DNA of 64,000 bases from an uncultured Bacilli bacterium. Its GTDB lineage: Bacteria > Bacillota_I > Bacilli_A > RF39 > UBA660. Below the pieces are notes generated by a model, which was given only the letters and a program-made list of their open reading frames with translations, was not told where the DNA came from and searched no databases. Both the position numbers and the translations under genes were made by a program. Positions 37,785 to 45,794 of the stretch are shown in pieces (the first letter of the stretch is position 1; each line of letters opens with the position of its first letter). The stretch lies in contig CANPXU010000004.1 of assembly GCA_947586825.1 (NCBI GenBank), positions 4,939 through 68,938 of the forward strand, read 5' to 3'.

Positions 37785-37854
37785 AATTTAATTTCTTCCT
37801 TTCTATATTTTTGAAAAAATTTAGTATATATAATATTTATGTTTAATTTATTGG

Positions 37855-37975
37855 CTCACCTCCTTTATAATTATTTCAATAATTTTTTAGAAGAATTACT
37901 TCTACTAAAAACAATTTAGCACATTATAAATCTTAAAAATAGGGGAAAATAAGCACACACTAAAATAGTGCTTAT
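37855..37975 (-). repeat. Promoter/leader module copy B (upstream of paralog 1)
   Basis: See copy A. TATAAT lies at 37923-37928 (minus strand). The imperfect palindrome ATAATTATTTCAATAATTTTTT is at 37867-37888. Confidence 0.7.
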
Positions 37976-38225
37976 TTATCTCTTTTATTATTTTTTGAAA
38001 AACGAAAAGCCTTTTTAGCTTGTTTATATATTTCTTTAAGTTCTTTTTTGGAATATATATATACGGACAATAAAGATCTTGTTCAAAGTCATCAAAAGAA
38101 TATTTATTTGCTCCAAAAAGCTCATCATGAATTTTCATTTCAAAAATGCATCTTTTTAAAACCTCACTTATAGCATACTCATGACTTACATCACAATATT
38201 TTTTTAATGAATTATCAATATTCAT
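37905..38225 (-). CDS. Hypothetical 106-aa ORF whose 3' end reads through a terminator hairpin and module B
   Basis: The first ~75 aa look like a normal soluble protein. The last ~30 codons are encoded by the hairpin ATAAGCAC...GTGCTTAT and the promoter module, so the true end is doubtful. Confidence 0.35.
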   Translation of the reverse strand: MNIDNSLKKYCDVSHEYAISEVLKRCIFEMKIHDELFGANKYSFDDFEQDLYCPYIYIPKKNLKKYINKLKRLFVFQKIIKEINKHYFSVCLFSPIFKIYNVLNCF

Positions 38226-38332
38226 CTATTATATTTCCTTTCATAATATAAAGTTGCAACATTTTATCATATTCCCAAGACTTTTGATTATAGCAAAATA
38301 AAAAGAGCAACAATATCTTAGGTAATGATAAA

Positions 38333-38763
38333 GTGCATAAGCTTAAACTAAGATGTTGTACAGAAGAGTTGGAAATGATACAAATTCAAATAGGCCATGT
38401 ACTATGAGTTAGTAATAAGACTATATGTAGATGGGAAACTGTAAAAAATTACATACCTAAAAAAATTAATTAAGTTTTATAATATATATAATTACAGAAT
38501 TGACTACGTCTTTTCATTAACAAATACTAACACGCAATATACTAATATTAACGTAAATCAAAAAAAATGGCAGTAATTTAAAAGCTATTCGCAAAAAGCA
38601 CAACCTAACGCAAGAAAAAGTGGCTAATAAAATGAGGATTTCACAGTCTTGTTATAGTCAATATGAAAACGGGAAATCTTTATTAACCACTATATCATTG
38701 TATTCTTTTTCAAAGGTTTTTAATGTATCTGCAGATCAAATATTGAATAGAGAAAAATGTTAA
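38333..38763 (+). pseudogene. Decayed tandem XRE-type HTH regulator (two frameshifts in A-runs plus one in-frame TGA)
   Basis: Own three-frame reading: ...KLKLRCCTEELEMIQIQIGHVL*VSNKTICRWETVKNYIPKK / LIKFYNIYNYRIDYVFSLTNTNTQY...NQKK / NGSNLKAIRKKHNLTQEKVANKMRISQSCYSQYENGKSLL...ADQILNREKC*. The frame changes fall at A7 (38459-38465) and A8 (38560-38567). Confidence 0.6.
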
Positions 38764-39476
38764 ACAGCAATATTTACTCCACCCATATGATCATAATAGC
38801 TATATACAGAACTATCAAATAAGAACACCTTACCACTACCATTGTTAGAAATTGTATATTTTTGACTATTATTCAAACTAATGCTGTATTTAGCATGTTG
38901 ATAACTAGCAAATACATTTCCAGTACCATTTACTCTGTATGATTGCGTAAGTATAATATTACTGTCATAGTCAGGTAATTTTATTGATACACCAAAACCA
39001 TTACTATCACTTTTTATATATGTTGAATTATATGCTGATGATGAACTAGATAATCTAGTAGATACTGAACTAGCCAAAGAAACACCATCTAAATATGCTC
39101 CCATTATATCATAGCTCCTTGTCGCAGGATCTCCAAGCCATCTTAATGTTACTGTAATTAAGGCATAACTTGGGAAAGCAGATTTAGCTATAACAAGGGA
39201 TTTGGCATTAGTAGTATGTGATGTATCCAAAGGCATTATAGGTAAATACTTATTAATTTGAATATTCTCGCTAATCCCATTGCTTAAAATAATGTCATAT
39301 TCTTCTAATGTCATATTTTCTTGGTACCCATCCCATAGGATTTTAGATACAAAATCATATTCTTCTTTTGTAAATGAAATATTATTTACATTAGTATAAT
39401 ATACTTCTGAAGCATGAACACTAGTTATCCCCATATAAAAGAATGCAATAGCAATTACAAATAGTAATTTTTTCAT
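38760..39476 (-). CDS. Secreted protein, cargo paralog 2 (unknown family)
   Basis: Signal peptide MKKLLFVIAIAFFYMGITSVHA. Motifs: YYTN..FTKEEYDFV, PIMPLD, TTNAK, LRW...RSYDI, NGFGVSI, ASYQHA, YYDHMGGVNIAV. Confidence 0.7.
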   Translation of the reverse strand: MKKLLFVIAIAFFYMGITSVHASEVYYTNVNNISFTKEEYDFVSKILWDGYQENMTLEEYDIILSNGISENIQINKYLPIMPLDTSHTTNAKSLVIAKSAFPSYALITVTLRWLGDPATRSYDIMGAYLDGVSLASSVSTRLSSSSSAYNSTYIKSDSNGFGVSIKLPDYDSNIILTQSYRVNGTGNVFASYQHAKYSISLNNSQKYTISNNGSGKVFLFDSSVYSYYDHMGGVNIAV

Positions 39477-39575
39477 TTTACTTTTCCTTTCTAACTAAAT
39501 TATATTAATTAAACCAAAAAATAAAAGAGCAAATTAAGCTCTAAACTAAAATATTAGCTGGGCTTATTATGCTCT

Positions 39576-40688
39576 TTATATTAATTCATACAAATATGAC
39601 CAAAAGTATTCAATCTTTTTTTCTTCATTTTCACAAGTTCCTATTGAACACGAAACGTTCTCATTTTCATAAATAAAACTATATAAAATTTCTTTACCAT
39701 CATATGCAGTATATGACAAGGATTTCCCGTATGTGTAAAATATCCAATCCTCTATAGAATTTCCATCTTTTGATATTACTAAACCAATGATTCCTGAATC
39801 AGGAAGATAATAGGATGAATACTCTAAATCTTCGTCTTTTTTATTATACTTATAAGTATTGTCTTCTTCTTTATAAGTCTTTTTAATCATATTTATTATA
39901 GGATTTAAGTCTGTAGGAATTATATCTAATTCATCATTATTTTTTTGTGTTATTGTTTGTTTTTCTTTTTTAAAAAACAAATCATTATTAATATAATCTT
40001 GTGTAAAAAGTAACTTTATTGTTTCTGAACCTCCATTATCATATTCTAAAAACAAATATAAATTATTATCAATGTCTTTAAAATAATCAGTTTCAAAATA
40101 CTCATTCTCACCATAATACTGACTAATTAAAATGTTTGTATTATCTCCGCTATAAATTACATTTTCTATATTTTTATAATATAATGTGATTTTTTTAATA
40201 TTCAATTCTTTTTTAGTTTTTATTTCATTTATACTAAAATAAATTTTGCCTCTCGTTTTTATGAAAACTCCATTATCTATAAATGCATAATTTCCACTAC
40301 TCGAAATAGTATAAACCTTTATTGATTTATAGGAATTTATAAAGTAATATATACCAAGAAAGGCTATAATACAAACAATAATAATAGATAGTCTCTTTAT
40401 TATTTTTTTACCGTTTTTTACATCTTCATACAAAATTGCTGATACTTCATTTACTTCTTTCTCATTTTGCTTATTTAAGATTTCACCATAAAGGATTTCG
40501 TTAACAGTCACATTAAATACATCACTTAATTTTAGTAACATTTCATGACTTGGAAGAGTTACTCCTCTTTCCCATTTACTAATGGAATCTCTCCCAATCC
40601 CTAACAACTTACCTAGTTTTTCTTGAGATAACTTTTTATTATTTCTAAGTTCTGCAATAAAGTTTCCTATTTTATCTGAATTAATCAT
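39576..40688 (-). CDS. Membrane-anchored XRE-family transcriptional regulator with extracytoplasmic C-terminal domain
   Basis: N-terminal HTH IAELRNNKKLSQEKLGKLLGIGRDSISKWERGVTLPS, a TM segment LSIIIVCIIAFLGIYYFI, then ~240 aa of unassigned sequence. ATG at 40688 is preferred over the track TTG at 40718. Confidence 0.7.
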   Translation of the reverse strand: MINSDKIGNFIAELRNNKKLSQEKLGKLLGIGRDSISKWERGVTLPSHEMLLKLSDVFNVTVNEILYGEILNKQNEKEVNEVSAILYEDVKNGKKIIKRLSIIIVCIIAFLGIYYFINSYKSIKVYTISSSGNYAFIDNGVFIKTRGKIYFSINEIKTKKELNIKKITLYYKNIENVIYSGDNTNILISQYYGENEYFETDYFKDIDNNLYLFLEYDNGGSETIKLLFTQDYINNDLFFKKEKQTITQKNNDELDIIPTDLNPIINMIKKTYKEEDNTYKYNKKDEDLEYSSYYLPDSGIIGLVISKDGNSIEDWIFYTYGKSLSYTAYDGKEILYSFIYENENVSCSIGTCENEEKKIEYFWSYLYELI

Positions 40689-40774
40689 ACCATCACATCC
40701 AATAAATGCTTGTTTCAATGCAAATATTTATCTTATTATAAAACAAAAAATATTTTATTTAAAGAAAATTTTTT

Positions 40775-42409
40775 TCATTTTGTTTTATAATAGTTAAATT
40801 GTGTTGTTTTATTCCACTCATAAGCACTCCACAAATCTGTGTTATCGCTTGCAGGATCTACTATTTTTATACTATTGTCATCTATATCAATAATTGCAAC
40901 CCAGTGCTGATTACCCGCTGTAGCCCCTAGCACTTCTGCTGTTAAATAATATCCCTTATCAATATATTCTTTTATTAAATTTAATTTATCAGTCTTGTTT
41001 TTATCTTTTAGATTAATATTTCCAACAAAGCTAAAATTTGGAACAACTTCACTAAGTTTACTATAAATTAAGTTGCCTTTTTCATCAAATCCACCTTTAC
41101 TATTTAATGCCTCCACAAAAGTACCAGGGTTAAAAGGAACGATTGTTGTATTAGCACCAGATCTTTGAATTTGAATAGCTATTGAAGTAATTAAACAACC
41201 TATGTCCCCTATTGTAGCAGTTGTATTGCCTATTCTTATATTCGACCAACTTTGACCTCCTTGTCGCCATGCCATATAGTCACCTGTATTTTTTAAACCA
41301 TAAAGTACCCCGCTCCAAAGAGAATCATATTCACTACTAGAAAGTTCACTGTACTGTCTCATTTGAGCTGGACTAAAGTGATAAATGTTTAACATTTGCT
41401 CAGCAGTTTTCGATGTCACATTTAAATGTAGTACCCTTTTTTGTACTGGTTTAGGCATTTCTTCTATATTAACTCCACGATTAGTTACCATTTCTGTTCT
41501 AACCTCAAATGATATACTATTCATATCCCAAAATATTTGTTTAACTATTTGTTTTTTATTATTATCTATTGTAACTACTTCTTGAGTTTTTGATCCATTT
41601 GTTTGTTTTAATGTATATATTATTAAAATATCTTTCCAAGAAGCCATATTTCCTTCGAAAACATATTCATCATGTAAATTTTGATCTTGTATAGTCTGAA
41701 TTTTATCGTAAAATTCTTGATTACATTCAGCAATAACCTCTTTCATAGTAAGAGAATTAGTATTTGTTTTTTCGCCACTAAAAAAGATTCCAAAAATAGA
41801 TCCAAGAAGAAGACCTATTAAGCATATTACAATAATTACAATTAAAGCAACGCTACCAGCGGCAACTAAGGCAGATATAAGAGCTTTTGTCCCAGCGATT
41901 AAAGCTTTAATGGAAGATATCGTAGTCTTTACTACAGTTTTTGTAGCTTTAACGGTTTTTTCGGCTGTTTCTCTCGCAACCTTTATTGCCCTTTGCGATA
42001 ACTTAACTGATTCTTTTTTTATTTTATCAGTATTTTTAATTATCCTTTCTGATGTTTTAATTGTGTTTTTAGTATTCTTTATTACATTTTTACTTGTCTT
42101 TTTTATTTCATGGTTATTTTTTAATTCTTTAATTTTAGTTTTTGTTTTCTGAATATTATCTTTAGTTTTAATTAATGATTTACGACCTTCCTTACTAACT
42201 TCATTTTTAGCTTTATTAATGCCCTTCTTATATGCAAGTTTTAGTTTCTCACTTCCATATTCGTTGATATCATTATCATTTTGAACAGTATCCTCAGATT
42301 TTTCTTTTATTTTTACAATATTCTCATTTATTTTTTTAGTTTGGGCTATTCCTTTATTGAGAGTTTTAATTCCTTTTTTTGTTAAGTCTTTAACTTTGAT
42401 CTTTGACAT
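40775..42409 (-). CDS. Conjugation-associated cell-wall hydrolase (cysteine peptidase domain; VirB1 analogue)
   Basis: Lys-rich coiled N-terminus and a TM (AAGSVALIVIIVICLIGLLLGSIFGIFF). The C-terminal domain has the Cys motif GDIGCLITSIAIQ and the His motif GNQHWVAIIDID. It is adjacent to VirB4. Confidence 0.65.
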   Translation of the reverse strand: MSKIKVKDLTKKGIKTLNKGIAQTKKINENIVKIKEKSEDTVQNDNDINEYGSEKLKLAYKKGINKAKNEVSKEGRKSLIKTKDNIQKTKTKIKELKNNHEIKKTSKNVIKNTKNTIKTSERIIKNTDKIKKESVKLSQRAIKVARETAEKTVKATKTVVKTTISSIKALIAGTKALISALVAAGSVALIVIIVICLIGLLLGSIFGIFFSGEKTNTNSLTMKEVIAECNQEFYDKIQTIQDQNLHDEYVFEGNMASWKDILIIYTLKQTNGSKTQEVVTIDNNKKQIVKQIFWDMNSISFEVRTEMVTNRGVNIEEMPKPVQKRVLHLNVTSKTAEQMLNIYHFSPAQMRQYSELSSSEYDSLWSGVLYGLKNTGDYMAWRQGGQSWSNIRIGNTTATIGDIGCLITSIAIQIQRSGANTTIVPFNPGTFVEALNSKGGFDEKGNLIYSKLSEVVPNFSFVGNINLKDKNKTDKLNLIKEYIDKGYYLTAEVLGATAGNQHWVAIIDIDDNSIKIVDPASDNTDLWSAYEWNKTTQFNYYKTK

Positions 42410-42426
42410 AAAATAACCTTTTAAAT

Positions 42427-44760
42427 TTAATTTCCTTCTCCTGGTTTAGTAGTCATTAATTTATAAAGTTTAGTATTTGTTGGAAATTTATTGATAAAAG
42501 GAACTAAAGAGCTACCCACCTTAAGCAGACCTTGTCCTGCTCCTACATTAGTAATATAACTCATTTGCGTATCTGAAATAGATAGTAATTTTGCAAGTTC
42601 TGTTCTATCTGTTGCAGCTTGATTAAGCATTACTATAAATTCCGAATTAGCTAACATAGTTCTTGCAGTATGAGATTGTAGAAGATCATCTACATTTTGA
42701 GTTATACCTGTACAGTAAGCACCATATTTTCTGACTCTCTTCCATAATGTAAATAAGAAATTAGCTGAATATTCATGTTGAAATAACAAATATATTTCAT
42801 CTATAAATATATAAGTATTTCTTCCTTTTGCCCTATTAGAAGTTATCCTATTTAAAATACTATCTAATACTACTAACATTCCAATAGGAAGTAATTGCTT
42901 TCCTAAATCTAAAATATCGTAGCAAATTATTCTACTATTAGTATCAACATTTGTATTTTTAGCAAATGTATTAAGTGAGCCATCAGTAAATAGTTCGATA
43001 GCTAAAGCTATTTGTTTAGCTTCTGGTTCAGGTTGTTTTAAAAGTTCTTCTCTAAAATCTTGTAGAGTTGGTGCAACACCTTGATAATTGCCTTGTTGAT
43101 AAACACGGTAGACTTTGGCTGTACATCTATCAATAATTGATTTTTCCTTAGGCCCAAGATTAGAACTCCCCATTAAATGCTCACACAATGAAAGTAAAAA
43201 TTCTGATTTTAAAATAACGGGATTTGCTCCATCACCATAATCTGCATTCATGTCCATGGCATTTATATGGTTACTACTAGTTGCAGAAATATGAATGTCC
43301 TGTCCTCCAAGAGTTTCTATTAATTTAGGATATTCTCTTTCAGGATCAATTATTATAATATCTGCATTTGGATCTCTTAAAGCAATTGAAACTATTTCAT
43401 TTTTTGCAGTAAATGATTTACCCGATCCTGAAACTCCCAAAATAAAAGAATTACCATTAAGCAATTCTCTTCTATCTGCAATTATCATATTCTTTGAAAT
43501 TACATTATCGCCATAATAAATCCCATTTTCATGATTTATTTCTTGTACCCTAAATGGCATAAATACTGCTAAAGACTCCGTTGTTAGAGTTCTTAGAGCA
43601 TTTATTTTTCTTACACCATAAGGCATAGTTGTATTTAAGCCATCCTTTTGTTGATATTTTAGTATTCCTAACTGACACAAATGCTTTCTACAGATGGCAA
43701 GTAATGATTCAGTATCTTGTTCTAGTTCTTCTTTTGTATCAGATATTAGAACCATTGTTAAAACACAAACGAACATTCTTTGATCACGAGTGGTTAAATC
43801 ATCAAGAAATTCTTTTGACTCGTTTCTTTGTTGTTCTAAATCATAAGGAATTACCGCACTAAAATTATTATTACTATTTTGTCTTCTTTGCCAATTTGTA
43901 ATATTAGTTTCTACTCCTAATCTTCTGTTTTCAACCTCCTTTATCGCTTCATCCATCGGAATTGGTATAACATCGATCGACAACATTAAATTTCTATTTA
44001 TATCTGTTAATTCAGCTACCATATCATCTCTAATATATGAAGCATAGTCCTTTAAAAAGAAAACTCTTCCTAATTTATTACCCATTTCAAAATAATCTTT
44101 TTGAAATGAGAAAGAGTCAGGACATATATAATCTTTAAATGAGTGTCCTTTTTGCATATTATCTAACATATCCCATGTAAATATGTTTTCTTCTCCTATT
44201 CTATAAAAGTCATGGGCCAGTCTTAATCTATCGGTGGCATCCAGCTCAATACATTTCGATCCTAATGCATTAAAGTGATTAGTTAAATCAGCACTTATTC
44301 TTGAAAAATAATTCCTAGCCTCATCAATATTTTTCTTATTTATTGAAATAGTCAAAAACTTTTCTTGAATTATTGAGTTTGAACCTAATGCTTTATCTAT
44401 AAGAATTTTATTGTATTCATCTCTATATTCATCTAATGGATCTCCTGACATAGGAATCATAATATTCTTCTCATAATCAACACGATTTAATCTTCTATTT
44501 AAAACAGTTATCTTTGAAGTAGCTCCAGGATCTAATGAATTTAACAACTCAGAATACTGTAAAAACATAGCTTCTTTATCTGGCCTAGATGCAACTGCAT
44601 AATTAATATCTGTAAATCTAAAACTCTTACTATATTTGTTTTTTGAAATTTGAAATATTCCATCCTTATAAATAGTTTGGACCGGAATAACATCTTGAAC
44701 ACTTTTAGGTGCATTATATTTTTCCTTATCTTGTTTAAATATATTTTTTATTGTTCTAAT
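42427..44760 (-). CDS. VirB4-family conjugative ATPase
   Basis: Walker A is GVSGSGKSF and Walker B is IIIIDPERE / YIFIDEIYLL. The conserved N-terminal segment SVQDVIPVQTIYKDGIFQISKNKYSKSFRFTDINYAV lies upstream of the first ATG (44568). The frame is open to 44766, and ATT at 44760 sits 10 nt after GGAG. Confidence 0.85.
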   Translation of the reverse strand: MRTIKNIFKQDKEKYNAPKSVQDVIPVQTIYKDGIFQISKNKYSKSFRFTDINYAVASRPDKEAMFLQYSELLNSLDPGATSKITVLNRRLNRVDYEKNIMIPMSGDPLDEYRDEYNKILIDKALGSNSIIQEKFLTISINKKNIDEARNYFSRISADLTNHFNALGSKCIELDATDRLRLAHDFYRIGEENIFTWDMLDNMQKGHSFKDYICPDSFSFQKDYFEMGNKLGRVFFLKDYASYIRDDMVAELTDINRNLMLSIDVIPIPMDEAIKEVENRRLGVETNITNWQRRQNSNNNFSAVIPYDLEQQRNESKEFLDDLTTRDQRMFVCVLTMVLISDTKEELEQDTESLLAICRKHLCQLGILKYQQKDGLNTTMPYGVRKINALRTLTTESLAVFMPFRVQEINHENGIYYGDNVISKNMIIADRRELLNGNSFILGVSGSGKSFTAKNEIVSIALRDPNADIIIIDPEREYPKLIETLGGQDIHISATSSNHINAMDMNADYGDGANPVILKSEFLLSLCEHLMGSSNLGPKEKSIIDRCTAKVYRVYQQGNYQGVAPTLQDFREELLKQPEPEAKQIALAIELFTDGSLNTFAKNTNVDTNSRIICYDILDLGKQLLPIGMLVVLDSILNRITSNRAKGRNTYIFIDEIYLLFQHEYSANFLFTLWKRVRKYGAYCTGITQNVDDLLQSHTARTMLANSEFIVMLNQAATDRTELAKLLSISDTQMSYITNVGAGQGLLKVGSSLVPFINKFPTNTKLYKLMTTKPGEGN

Positions 44761-45101
44761 TTTGCATCATCTCCAATCTTATCCTTTAATAATTCAAAAT
44801 AATAATTTTTAGGAATAAATGTTAATTCTTTGGGGGTTATAAATTCACTACGCAAATATGCTAACAAAAATTGTTCTGCATTCATGCCATTATATTTAAC
44901 AAATCCCATTACTGCAAAAGGAGCAGCACCTAGAATACATAACCATGAAAGTGTTTCAATCCCAAAATAAGGCTTAAAAATAAAATATAATAATACTGCC
45001 ATAACACAAGCCAGAGCAGAAAAAATAAACTGTCTTAATGATAATCCAAAATAAACGCTTTCAGAGTATTCCCTTATCTCTTTATTAATCTTTACTTCCA
45101 T
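44748..45101 (-). CDS. PrgI/VirB3-like small membrane protein
   Basis: 117 aa with a two-TM hairpin (FIFSALACVMAVLLYFIF; LCILGAAPFAVMGFV), immediately upstream of VirB4. Confidence 0.6.
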   Translation of the reverse strand: MEVKINKEIREYSESVYFGLSLRQFIFSALACVMAVLLYFIFKPYFGIETLSWLCILGAAPFAVMGFVKYNGMNAEQFLLAYLRSEFITPKELTFIPKNYYFELLKDKIGDDAKLEQ

Positions 45102-45361
45102 TATCTTGCGTCTCCCCTATCTTTCCTGTACTTGAAACTAAAATTTTCCCTTCTTACTTGATTTAGCCATTTTTGTACTTCTTTTTTACTCACACACTCC
45201 TCAACCCAACAATCATTTGTAGTATTATCAACACCAATATATTTATTACCTTCTTTGCAATACAGCAAAGTATCATTTGAAGGTAAAGATTTCCTTTTTG
45301 CCCAACAACTAATATAATTATCAAGAAATTCACTTGATACTTTTTTCACTCGATCAAACAT
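45101..45361 (-). CDS. Hypothetical ICE protein (86 aa)
   Basis: Its start/stop is coupled to the neighbouring genes. I recognise no motif. Confidence 0.45.
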   Translation of the reverse strand: MFDRVKKVSSEFLDNYISCWAKRKSLPSNDTLLYCKEGNKYIGVDNTTNDCWVEECVSKKEVQKWLNQVRRENFSFKYRKDRGDAR

Positions 45362-45404
45362 TATATCTCATCTCTTTTTCATATTGTTTTTTCATTACTT
45401 ACCA

Positions 45405-45794
45405 CTACCTTTCTATATTAGTTTTATTTTTATTTAATAAAATGCTATTTACTTTACCAATCGTCTGAATAATACTCTTTTGATTAAATCTTTTTTTATA
45501 TTTTAATATTTGCTTATCTGTAAGCGATTTGAAATCACCATTTTCATAATCATCGCCAACAATTAAAAAAGGACCTGCAATAATATCATGGCCTATGTCT
45601 CTATTTAGCTTCATTCCGTTAATTTTCCCTTCTTCGTTACAAATGAGAACTACATTATCATTTGTTGGCAAATACGCACACTCAATATTTCCTTCCACTA
45701 CTTTTTGTAATGAATCTAAAGTGTTATCGGTTTCTACTTCTTTTGGTAGTTCATATGGCTTTACCAACAAACACTTCAATTTATTTTTTATCAT
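45405..45794 (-). CDS. DUF3846-like ICE protein
   Basis: LQKVVEGNIECAYLP...VLICNEEGKINGMKLNRDI...IAGPFLIVG resembles DUF3846 as I remember it. Confidence 0.5.
   Translation of the reverse strand: MIKNKLKCLLVKPYELPKEVETDNTLDSLQKVVEGNIECAYLPTNDNVVLICNEEGKINGMKLNRDIGHDIIAGPFLIVGDDYENGDFKSLTDKQILKYKKRFNQKSIIQTIGKVNSILLNKNKTNIER

Noticed and set aside
38400-38420. The in-frame TGA in the tandem-HTH gene considered as a Trp codon (Mollicutes-type genetic code 4).
   Set aside because: All conserved housekeeping genes in the window are full length under the standard code, with no internal TGA. Trp is encoded by TGG where I checked (the trxA WCGPC motif). A nonsense mutation is the simpler reading.
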